Made by a program: the position numbers and the translations under genes. 64,000 nucleotides of DNA from Guillardia theta CCMP2712 (Eukaryota > Protista > Cryptophyta). Positions 1 to 13,544 of the stretch are shown here, piece after piece. Below the pieces are notes generated by a model. The model ran no database searches, was not told the DNA's origin, and was given only the letters and a program-made list of their open reading frames with translations. The stretch is from assembly GCF_000315625.1 (NCBI RefSeq), contig NW_005434609.1, positions 1 to 64,000 of the forward strand, given 5' to 3'. Numbering within the stretch: position 1 is the stretch's first letter; every line of letters starts with the position of its first letter.

Positions 1-2538
<2,538 letters not shown>

Positions 2539-3187
2539 GCGATCAAGCAAGGGCGACGAGGAGCACAGAGGGTCACATGACATCATTACATCAAACAACA
2601 CATACTATCGCTGTTACTCCCAGGATCGACAACAGGAGCTTCTGCCATCCCGGTTGTCCCCCCCCTCCTCCCCCTTCTCCTCCTTCCTTGCTGCTCGTTA
2701 TTTGCTTCGCTCCCTTGCTGTTCAGCTTCCTCGGCGTGAGCGGCTCTCCCGCGCCCTCTCGCAGTCGCACCCACATGCTCGAGAAGGCCTCTCCTCGCGA
2801 GAGCAGGAGCGCGACAGGAAGCAGGAGGGGCAGCAGCAGCCTGTGCGTCAAGCCCTCGCGGAGTAGGAGACCCAGGAGGAAGGCGAGGCCTCTGTCTCCC
2901 CTGCTGCCTCGTCAGCTGCGTCGGAGGTCGCATGGTCACATGGTTCACCCCAGGGCTCGCAGCAGAGGAAGGGAGGGCGAAGGTGAGGCGAGGGTCCTCC
3001 CTGTGATGCTCCAGTTCAGGTCGAAGAGGGGAGGAAGGAGCAGGCAGGCGAAGGGACAAAGCAGAGGAGCAGCAGCAGCAACAAAAGGGAGAGGAGCAGA
3101 GCAGAGGAGCAGCAGCAGCAACAAGAGGGAGAGGAGCAGAGCATGGTGAGGAGGAGAAGAAGGCTGAGGGGAAGGGAGAGAGAACCT

Positions 3188-4443
3188 CTAGGTGAGGCTG
3201 GAGAGCTCAAGGTCCTCTTGGCAGGGGAGGAGGGGATGGCCTGCTGACTTCGCTTCCTCATCGGAGAAACTCGTGGGGAGGCGACAAGAGGGGAGCAGAC
3301 GCGCAGGAGCTCGAACTTGCGCGTCTCGATGATCGCCTTGATCTGAGCCCACGCCTACACCAAGTTCTCTCAGTAGCCCCTACAGGTCGCGTGCCAAACT
3401 TGCTGGCTCTCCTTTCTTCACTTTTCCTTCTCTTCTCTCCTCTCCTCCTTTCTACTTTCTCTCTTCTGCTTCCTCGTCATACCTCGTCGGTAAGCCATCC
3501 TCGCTCTTCATCGAAGTAGCGGCAAGAGGAGGAAGCGTTGAGCAAGAGTCGTTCCATCTGTTCCCCCAGTCAGTGCCGCACTTCCTTCCTTTCCTCCTGC
3601 CTGAGGCTCCTGGATGTCCACCAGCTGCAGCACCTGCTCAAGACAGCTTCAGGCATGCGTGTCCTCCCCCTCCTCCCCGCGCACTCTTCCTCTACTTGAC
3701 ATTACCGTGACAGCTCGCCAAGGAACCTCCAGCAGCCGGTGGTCGCTTCTCCTCGGCTTGTTGCCCAGCAGCTTGCTTGCCACCTGCTGCTCGAAGCGTT
3801 GGAGCTGGAGAGGATACATCTGCGAGAGCTTAAGAACGACAGCATGGGGCCATAGGGACAGCAGGCGGCTACAGACAAGACTTGGGGGAGGAGAAGCGAA
3901 AGGATGAAGCGAGAGAGAGAGAGGATAGAAGGGGGCGGGAAGGACAGGAGTGGATGGGAGAGGAAGAGGAGGAAGGGGTCAGGAGGAGAGGACGATAGGA
4001 GACCTGATACATGAAAGAGGATGGCTCAGAGGAGGGATCGAACCCTCTCCTCACCCATAACGACTTGAACGGACCGTCTCGCATCCTGGCAACCAGTCAC
4101 CGTTTCTTCCACGTAAGACAGTGAACTACCGGTAAGCGACGCCCGGAAGGGCCTGGCGAATGGCCTCACGGCTGCTCGCGAGGACATTGCGAAGAGCGAG
4201 GGAAGACCAGACAGGACGAGAGCCGAACGCTTCCTGCAGTCGCGCTGAGAGCTCCGGACCCTTCTTCTTCCTCTTCCTCCCTTCCGTCGACGGCGACGAG
4301 AACTCCCATTGCGACTGCTCCTCTTGCGCTGCTCTGCCTCTCGCATGTGATCCACTTCTCGTCGGTGATCTAATGGTTTCAGATTTGGCTTGCGGCAACA
4401 GAGGGAGCGAGAGGAGGAGGAGCAGGAGAAGGGAAAATCTCAT
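3188..4443 (-). CDS. GTF3C5: TFIIIC subunit tau95/Tfc1-like DNA-binding domain protein with N-terminal signal peptide
   Basis: Splicing 4129-4086 joins FGSRPVWS...LPGVAYR to MRDGPFKSLWVRRGFDP...FMYQ, matching the tau95 motif F..RPIWS...LP.IAY....GPWR.LW.R.GYDP; later exons give YFDEERGWL and a probable stop at 3188. Confidence 0.8.
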
Positions 4444-4767
4444 CTCAACCCCCTCAGCCACCAGGAGGATTCAATCCGAGAGGCAGCTGAAGGATGATGG
4501 AGCAAGCATCACTTGGCGTAGTCAATCATATTCGTATCAACGCAACCACATCGCAACCACATCATGCCCGCAGCATCGCCACCATCAACCATTCGTCCTC
4601 TCCTCCTCCTCCTCTCTCACGCCCCTCCTGCCCTGCCCTTCTCTCCTTCAGTACTAACCCTGATTCCTTGCAACGGTAAACCGTTACAACCCAAGTGTCG
4701 ACGGTTTAGGGCTTCAACCGGCCGCGCCCGATGATGCCCCGAGCCCGACAACTGAGATCGAGTATAA

Positions 4768-6072
4768 GAGCTTTGTAGTATGACAGATACAAGCTCTTGT
4801 AGTATGACACTGATACAAGCTCTTGTAGTATGAGACAGATACGAGCTCTTGTAGTATGACAGATACAAGCTCTTGTAGTATGACACAGATACGAGCTCTT
4901 GTAGTATGACACAGATACGAGCTCTTGTAGTATGACACAGATACGAGCTCTTGTAGTATGACACAGATACGAGCTCTTGTAGTATGACTGATACGAGCTC
5001 TTGTAGTATGACACTGATACGAGCTCTTGTAGTATGACACAGATACGAGCTCTTGTAGTATGACACAGATACGAGCTCTTGTAGTATGACACAGATACGA
5101 GCTCTTGTAGTATGACACAGATACGAGCTCTTGTAGTATGAGACAGATACGAGCTCTTGTAGTATGACACAGATACGAGCTCTTGTAGTATGACACAGAT
5201 ACGAGCTCTTGTAGTATGAGACAGATACGAGCTCTTGTAGTATGACACAGATACGAGCTCTTGTAGTATGAGACAGATACGAGCTCTTGTAGTATGAGAC
5301 AGATACGAGCTCTTGTAGTATGACACAGATACGAGCTCTTGTAGTATGACAGATACATGCTCTTGTAGTATGACAGATACGAGCTCTTGTAGTATGACAC
5401 AGATACGAGCTCTTGTAGTATGACACAGATACGAGCTCTTGTAGTATGAGACAGATACGAGCTCTTGTAGTATGACAGATACGAGCTCTTGTAGTATGAG
5501 ACAGATACGAGCTCTTGTAGTATGACACAGATACGAGCTCTTGTAGTATGAGACAGATACGAGCTCTTGTAGTATGAGACAGATACGAGCTCTTGTAGTA
5601 TGAGACAGATACGAGCTCTTGTAGTATGAGACAGATACGAGCTCTTGTAGTATGAGACAGATACGAGCTCTTGTAGTATGAGACAGATACGAGCTCTTGT
5701 AGTATGAGACAGATACGAGCTCTTGTAGTATGACACAGATACGAGCTCTTGTAGTATGACACAGATACGAGCTCTTGTAGTATGACACAGATACGAGCTC
5801 TTGTAGTATGACACAGATACGAGCTCTTGTAGTATGAGACAGATACGAGCTCTTGTAGTATGACACAGATACGAGCTCTTGTAGTATGACACAGATACGA
5901 GCTCTTGTAGTATGAGACAGATACGAGCTCTTGTAGTATGAGACAGATACGAGCTCTTGTAGTATGAGACAGATACGAGCTCTTGTAGTATGACACAGAT
6001 ACGAGCTCTTGTAGTATGAGACAGATACGAGCTCTTGTAGTATGATAGATACGAGCTCTTGTAATATGACAG
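4768..6072. repeat. 26-bp minisatellite (GAGCTCTTGTAGTATGA[C/G]ACAGATAC), about 50 copies
   Basis: Direct tandem repetition with 26- and 24-bp variants; degenerate units at both edges. Confidence 0.97.
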
Positions 6073-6274
6073 GTTCAAGCTTCTGTTCTGTCCTCCACTG
6101 GTACTTGCACTTGTTTTGACTTGCTCGCAGCTTCTTACATCGGTCTTTTGTCTGCTTTGGTTGTCTGTGTGTTTGTCAGTCTGGAGTAGGTCCGTTAGGT
6201 GAGGGCTAACAAGGGGTGGGTGATCGCCCTGCGTTGTCAGGAGATGAAGATGAGATGAAAGCAGAGAGACAGAG

Positions 6275-6548
6275 AGACAGGTAGGCAGATAGGAAGACAG
6301 GCAGGTAGGCAGGTAGGCAGGCAGGCAGGCAGGCAGGTAGGCAGGTAGGAAGACAGGCAGATAGGAAGACAGGCAGGTAGGAAGACAGGCAGATAGGAAG
6401 ACAGGCAGATAGGAAGACAGGCAGGTAGGAAGACAGGCAGATAGGAAGACAGGCAGGTAGGCAGGTAGGCAGGTAGGCAGGCAGGCAGGCAGGCAGGCAA
6501 GCAGGCAGGCAGGTAGGCAGGTAGGCAGGCAGGCAGGTAGGAAGATTT
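6275..6548. repeat. Compound (GGCA/GGTA)n and AGATAGGAAGACAGGC simple repeat
   Basis: Direct reading. Confidence 0.9.
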
Positions 6549-6798
6549 ATCTTTTAATCTTTGTGGTGGACATTACCTGTCTTGCTGTTTCTGGTTTCTT
6601 TTGTCTGCCCTTCTTATGTTTTCATGCTGCATCTTTTCTCTTTCCTCTGTTTTCTTCTGGTTTTGATGATTCACTTTTTGCTTCATGCATTCTTTTCTGC
6701 TCTCTTCTTCGCATTCCCCGTGCCTCTCTTTGTTGCTTGTCAAAGGTCTTGCTTCACTTGATACTTTTCCTGTCAAAGGTGGAGCAGGAGGAGTGGAG

Positions 6799-7275
6799 AT
6801 GGAGCGAGACAAGACTTCATCGGTGGTGCAAGACAGGCGAGCCAACTCATTTCGGAACCTTCGGATGCGCAAGGACAGAGAGGAGCGCGAGCGGGAGGAG
6901 GTCAGACGTCCCTCCTCCTTCTCTCCTCACCTCTCCGCAGCGGAGCAAGACAGACCCCAACATGATCGCTGAGAACGTGAGACGAGCCTGCTCGGTCGCT
7001 CCTGAAGCTGCTGCAGCTGAGGCTGACGGTGCCGTCGAACGGGCTGATAGGAGGAAGTCTGAAGCCGAGCGAGCGAGAGCTGGAGCAACCCAAGTGGCGC
7101 AACCTCTTCGATCAGACGCGAGAGACGCGAGAGGAGGTTGTGACCTCCCACAACTTCCGTAAGGTGAGACGAGGAGATGAGAGGACGAGGCGAGGAAAGC
7201 ATGTGCAGCACAAGTCTGACATGCTCCCAGGTCTGCATTCAGCTGGGTCTGCCATTGTCGGACGAAGACCTGGAG
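6799..7275 (+). CDS. 5' exons of a spliced gene (possibly EF-hand-like); 3' part lost in the gap/retroelement array
   Basis: Exons MERDKTSS...REE / RSKTDPNMIAEN / LLQLRLTVP...WRNLFDQ...SHNFRK / LGLPLSDEDLE with GT-AG borders. Confidence 0.45.
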
Positions 7276-7414
7276 GTGAGGGAGGAGGGAGGGAGAGGAA
7301 GGAGGGAGAGGAGGGAGGGAGAGGAGGGAGGTAGAGGAGGGAGGGAGAGGAGGGAGGGAGAGGAGGGGAGGGAGAGGAGGGAGGGAGAGGAGGGAGGGAG
7401 AGGAGGGAGGGAGA

Positions 7415-7724
7415 NNNNNNNNNNNNNNNNNNNNNNNNNNNNNNNNNNNNNNNNNNNNNNNNNNNNNNNNNNNNNNNNNNNNNNNNNNNNNNNNNNNNNN
7501 NNNNNNNNNNNNNNNNNNNNNNNNNNNNNNNNNNNNNNNNNNNNNNNNNNNNNNNNNNNNNNNNNNNNNNNNNNNNNNNNNNNNNNNNNNNNNNNNNNNN
7601 NNNNNNNNNNNNNNNNNNNNNNNNNNNNNNNNNNNNNNNNNNNNNNNNNNNNNNNNNNNNNNNNNNNNNNNNNNNNNNNNNNNNNNNNNNNNNNNNNNNN
7701 NNNNNNNNNNNNNNNNNNNNNNNN
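7415..7724. other. Assembly gap
   Basis: N run. Confidence 1.
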
Positions 7725-8466
7725 GTTGTGGGCAGGAAGAGGATTAAACAACAACCATGAGATCTCAAGCCTACTATACCATGTGTCCGCTGTCCCAGGC
7801 AGACCCCCGGGCAGTGCCGGCTCCTTGTCGGCGGCTGCCCTTCCTCCGTCCGCGGCCTCTGCGGCGGCGGACGCGTCGACTGACAGCGGTCAGTCGGCTA
7901 CCTCCGATACTCGGGTATGAGGGCGTTCACGTCCCCTGCTGTGCCGGTATCACGGTGCTCGTTGCTTGCCCCCCTCTGCTGTCTACGTGGCAGTGTGGGG
8001 TCTGGTTGCCAGCAGTGCTGGTCACTTTCGGTCTTATGTTGCGTGTGTTTGCGCCGCGTTCTGCTTGAGGCACTTTTTACTTGTGCGAGTCAAAGTCAGA
8101 TACCAATATAGGGGTGGACCAACGTCACGTCCGCCATCAAGCCCTCGCAGATCCCAGGCTATACTCCGAGTTTTACCCGGGGATGAGGATCGGGCTTGGT
8201 TCTGTGCCCATGACGATTGGAGGGTCTCGCTACGCTGTGAACTGTGTGCACGCCGGTTTAGCTTGTTCCTGCTTTGTTTTGCTTGAGGCACTTTTTACCT
8301 TCTGCCAGTAAATCCTATGTCCTACCTGGAGGGTACCTGCGGTCCCCGACTGCATCGAGGAGGCAATGGAGGCTTCACAGGCACTTTTTACCTTCTGCCA
8401 GTAAATCAACTAGCCTGTCACTGAGCATCGCCTTGACTGTCCGAGTAAGGTTGTCATGCGCAGTAG

Positions 8467-9404
8467 GAAGCTCAGTTCTGAGTTTTACTCGGTCGATGCT
8501 GAACGAAGCTGGTCTTCAGAGCGTCATCGATACAGTGGGGGATCCTCGTTCTCGACGGCAGGTACCCTCCCATCCTCATGGCCGCAAGATGAAGGGCGAT
8601 ATCCACATCCCTGGAATCCGCGATCGAGGGTCCGAGCAGTACGAGGGCTTGATGGCGGACGTGACGTTGGTCCACCCTTACATTGGTAGCTCTGCCGACC
8701 TGACCAAGTGGGGTGAGGTCAACCTCGACGCCCTCCATGTTGCAGCGTCTGAGAAGATTCGCAAACATCGCGCTGCATATGCCATGACTACTCCTCCTCG
8801 AGCGTTCATCCCTCTTGCCATCTCGACGGACGGTACCCTGCATCCTGACACCCTCCGCTTCATCTGGTATCTCGCGGACATCATTGCTCAGCGCTCGATG
8901 CCTCTTGAGGATGCGGCGTTTGGTCGGCACTTCGTGCCTGATGATGGACCTGCTGCTGAGGTCTTGGCTCGCAAACGCGCCGCCACCTATCAGCGCCTCA
9001 CCATGCAGCTGACGCTGGAGGCGCTCCTATCTGGTGCGAGGCGCATGACGCCCTTGCGGGCGCAAGCACTTCTCGAGCCAGAGGACAGCTCCTCCTCGGA
9101 CTTTGTCGAGTCGCCCGAGGAGGAGTCTTCGCCGGAGGTCTCCGACTCCGATGGGGGAGACCCTTCGAGTGGCGCCGACGACCGGCGCGGAGCTGGCGAA
9201 GCGCCGTCTCCGTCCCTCACTGTGACGTCGGGTGCCTCCGGAGAGCTCGACACCACTGGGCCGGGGGTGCTTGCTGCTTGTCCGAGCGGCGCCTGCTTCC
9301 TCCCCGGCATCGGTCGGGTCCCGCCGGTCCTTGGGCATTGCTGCGGCGAGATGGATTGCGGCGTCGCCGCCGTCACGGGCGGTGTTGGTCTCGGCTTCTG
9401 CTGA
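8467..9404 (+). pseudogene. C-terminal fragment of retroelement ORF: restriction-like (PD-(D/E)xK) endonuclease plus low-complexity tail
   Basis: MLNEAGL...RKMKGDIHI...LMADVTLVHP...AASEKIRKH...FIPLAISTDGTL matches the RLE pattern R.PD...DVT..HP...K..KY...F.PLA.ET.G; no RT or zinc knuckle in the visible sequence. Confidence 0.8.
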
Positions 9405-9862
9405 CTCGGAGGCTAGCGAGGAGGACTACCTCGAGCGGTACCGTGTTCCTGTGTCCAGCCTCCCTCCGTCCGCTGCCCCAGGCGGACCCCCGGGCAGCGC
9501 CGGCTCCTTGTCGGCGGCTGCCCTTTCTCCGTCCGCGGCCGCCCGCTTTGTGGCGGCAGCGGACGTCTCGACTGACAGTGGTCAGTCGGCTGCCTCCGGG
9601 TATCGCGTCTGAGGGATTTTATTCCTCCTGCATGCTCCTGCTGCTTGTTGCTTGATTGCTTGACCCTTAGGCTGCTTGTCTGCGCGGCTTCGCGCTTGGG
9701 CTGGCGCTGCCGCGTCTGGTTGCCAGCAGTGCTGGTTCTTTTCGGGCTTGAAATTTGTGTGTGAATGTGCAGCTTCTCGCTGTGCACTGTGTGCATACCG
9801 GTTTATCTTGATCCTGCCTTTTTTTTTTTGAAACACTTAATCACTAGCAGCCAATAAATCCA

Positions 9863-9962
9863 NNNNNNNNNNNNNNNNNNNNNNNNNNNNNNNNNNNNNN
9901 NNNNNNNNNNNNNNNNNNNNNNNNNNNNNNNNNNNNNNNNNNNNNNNNNNNNNNNNNNNNNN
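9863..9962. other. Assembly gap inside the retroelement array
   Basis: N run of 100. Confidence 1.
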
Positions 9963-12900
9963 TAGCCCCTCATGGCCGCAAGATGAAGGGCGATATCCAC
10001 ATCCCTGGAATCCGCGATCGAGGGTCCAAGCAGTACGAGGGCTTGATGGCGGACGTGACGTTGGTCCACCCTTACATTGGTAGCTCTGCCGACCTGACCA
10101 AGTGGGGTGAGGTCAACCTCGACGCCCTCCATGGTCCACCCTTTCATTGGTGATGGTGGATTTACTGGCAGAAGGTAAAAAGTGCCTCAAGCAAAACAAA
10201 GCAGGATCAAGCTAAACCTCCTGGCACACAGCGCACAGCGACAAGCTGCACAATCACACACAAAACACAAGCCCGAAAAGAACCTGTCTGGTGCGAGGCG
10301 CATGACGCCCTTGCGGGCGCAAGCACTTCTCGAGCCAGAGGACAGCTCCTCCTCGGACTTTGTCGAGTCGCCCGAGGAGGAGTCTTCGCCGGAGGTCTCC
10401 GACTCCGATGGGGGAAACCCTTCGAGTGGCGCCGACGACCGGCGCGGAGCTGGCGAAGCGCCGTCTCCGTCCCTCACTGTGACGTCGGGTGCCTCCGGAG
10501 AGCTCGACACCACTGGGGTGCTTGCTGCTTGTCCGAGCGGCGCCTGCTTCCTCCCCGGCATCGGTCGGGTCCCGCCGGTCCTTGGGCATTGCTGCGACGA
10601 GATGGATTGCGGCGTCGCCGCCGTCACGGGCGGTGTTGGTCTCGGCTTCTGCTGACTCGGAGGCTAGCGAGGAGGACTACCTCGAGCGGTACCGTGTTCC
10701 TGTGTCCAGCCTCCCTCCGTCCGCTTTGTGGCGGCAGCGGACGTCTCGACTGACAGTGGTCAGTCGGCTGCCTCCGGGTATCGCGTCTAAGGGATTTTAT
10801 TCCTCCTGCATGCTCCTGCTGCTTGTTGCTTGATTGCTTGACCCTTAGGCTGCTTGTCTGCGCGGCTTCGCGCTTGGGCTGGCGGTGCCGCGTCTGGGTG
10901 CCAGCAGTGCTGGTTCTTTTCGGGCTTGTGTTTTGTGTGTGTTTGTGCAGCTTCTCGCTGTGGACTGTGTGCCTGCCGATTCAACTTGATCCTGCTTTGT
11001 TTTGCTTGAGGCACTTTTTACCTTCTGCCAGTAAATCCTATACATCCAGTGACACCACTGGGGTGCTTGCTGCTGATCCGAGCTCGCCTGCTTCCTCCCC
11101 GGCATCGGTCGGGTCACGCCGGTCCTTGGGCATTGCCGCGGCGTCGCCGCCGTCACGGGCGGCTACCACTGACTCGGCTACCGCTGCCAGGCTCGGAGGC
11201 TAGCGAGGAGGACTACCTCGAGCGGTACCGTGTTCCTGTGTCCAGCCTCCCTCCGTCCGCTGCCCCTGGCGGACCCCCGGGCAGCGCCGGCTCCTTGTCG
11301 GCGGCTGCCCTTTCTCCGTCCGCGGCCGCCCGCTTTGTGGCGGCAGCGAACGTCTCGACTGATAGTGGTCAGTCGGCTGCCTCCGGGTATCGCGTCTAAG
11401 GGATTTTATCCCTTCCTCCTGCATGCTCCTGCTGCTTGTTGCTTGATTGCTTGACCCTTAGGCTGCTTGTCTGCGCGGCTTCGCGCTTGGGCTGGCGGTG
11501 CCGCGTCTGGTTGCCAGCAGTGCTGGTTCTTTTCGGGCTTGTGTTTTGTGTGTGATTGTGCAGCTTCTCGCTGTGGACTGTGTGCCTGCCGGTTCAGCTT
11601 GATCCTGCTTTGTTTTGCTTGTGTGTGTTTGTGCAGCTTCTCGCTGTGGACTGTGTGCCTGCCGGTTCAGCTTGTTCCTGCTTTGTTTTGCTTGAGGCAC
11701 TTTTTATCTTCTGCCAGTAAATCCTATATCTTGAGGCACTTTTTACCTTCTGCCAGTAAATGCTATACCTCGCTTCATCTGGTATCTGGCGGACATCATT
11801 GCTCAGCGCTCGATGCCTCTTGAGGATGCGCCGCTTGGTCGGCACTTCGTGCCTGATGATGGACCTGCTGCTGAGGTCTTGGCTCGCAAACGCGCCGCCA
11901 CCTATCAGCTTTTACCTTCTGCCAGTAAATCCTATACTCTACCTCAGCGCTTCACCATGCAGCTGACGCTTGAGGCGCTCTTGTCTGGTGCGAGGCGCAT
12001 AACTGCTGAGGTCCTGGCTCGCAAACGCGCCGCCACCTATCAGCGCCTCACTATGTAGCTGACGCTGGAGGCGCTCTTGTCTGGTGCGAGGCGCATGACG
12101 CCCTTGCGGGCGCAAGCACTTCTCGAGCCAGAGGACAGCTCCTCCTCGGACTTTGTCGAGTCGCCCGAGGAGGAGTCTTCGCCGGAGGTCTCCGACTCCG
12201 ATGGGGGAAACACGTCGAGTGGCGCCGACGATCGGCGCGGAGCTGGCGAGGCGTCTCCGTCCCTCACTGTGACGTCGGGTGCCTCCGGAGAGCTCGACAC
12301 CACTGGGGTGCTTGCTGCTTGTCCGAGCGGCGCCTGCTTCCTCCCCGGCATCGGTCGGGTCCCGCCGGTCCTTGGGCATTGCTGCGGCGTCGCCGCCGTC
12401 ACGGGCGGCTACCGCTGACTCGGCTACCGCTGACTCGGAGGCTAGCGAGGAGGACTACCTCGAGCGGTACCGTGTTCCTGTGTCCAGCCTCCCTCCGTCC
12501 GCTGCCCCAGGCGGACCCCCGGGCAACGCCGGCTCCTTGTCGGCGGCTGCCCTTTCTCCGTCCGCGGCCGCCTGCTTTGTGGCGGCAGCGGACGTCTCGA
12601 CTGACAGTGGTCAGTCGGCTGCCTCCGGGTATCGCGTCTGAGGGATTTTATTCCTCCTGCATGCTCCTGCTGCTTGTTGCTTGATTGCTTGACCCTTAGG
12701 CTGCTTGTCTGCGCGGCTTCGCGCTTGGGCTGGCGGTGCCGCGTCTGGTTGCCAGCAGTGCTGGTTCTTTTCGGGCTTGTGTTTTGTGTGTGATTGTGCA
12801 GCTTCTCGCTGTGCCACGGTGCGCTGTGTGCCAGGAGGTTTAGCTTGATCCTGCTTTGTTTTGCTTGAGGCACTTTTTACCTTCTGCCAGTAAATCCATT

Positions 12901-13544
12901 ATCTCACTGTGACGTCGGGTGCCTCCGGAGAGCTCGACACCACTGGGCCGGGGGTGCTTGCTGCTTGTCCGAGCGGCGCCTGCTTCCTCCGCGGAATCGG
13001 TCGGGTCCCGCCGGTCCTTGGGCATTGCCGCGGCGTCGCCGCCGTCACGGGCGGTGTTGGTCTCGGCTGCCGCTGACTGACTCGGAGGCTAGCGAGGAGG
13101 ACTACCTCGAGCGGTACCGTGTTCCTGTGTCCAGCCTCCCTCCGTCCGCTGCCGCCCCAGGCGGACCCCCGGGCAGCGCCGGCTCCTTGTCGGCGGCTGC
13201 CCTTTCTCCGTCCGCGGCCACCCGCTTTGTGGCGGCAGCGGACGTCTCGACTGACAGTGGTCAGTCGGCTGCCTCCGGGTATCGCGTCTAAGGGATTTTA
13301 TTCCTCCTGCATGCTCCTGCTGCTTGTTGCTTGATTGCTTGACCCTTAGGCTGCTTGTCTGCGCGGCTTCGCGCTTGGGCTGGCGCTGCCGCGTCTGGGT
13401 GCCAGCAGTGCTGGTTCTTTTCGGGCTTGTGTTTTGTGTGTGATTGTGCAGCTTCTCGCTGTGCGCTGTGTGCCTGGAGGTTTAGCTTGATCCTGCTTTG
13501 TTTTGCTTGAGGCACTTTTTACCTTCTGCCAGTAAATCCGTATC

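Noticed and set aside
2586-3149. Overlapping ORFs on both strands between the first gene and tau95
   Set aside because: No consistent splice model or homology; may hide a small gene but cannot be supported
4768-6072. CRISPR-like array
   Set aside because: No unique spacers, no cas genes, eukaryotic context
4617-6078. Three long minus-strand repeat ORFs (386-459 aa)
   Set aside because: The 26-bp unit has no stop on that strand and cycles through all frames; artefact
8283-8315. Repeated TTTTTACC terminus as U5 snRNA loop or SL-RNA target
   Set aside because: Lacks the GCCTTTTAC loop in a stem and an Sm site context; it travels with the element 3'UTR, so it is element sequence
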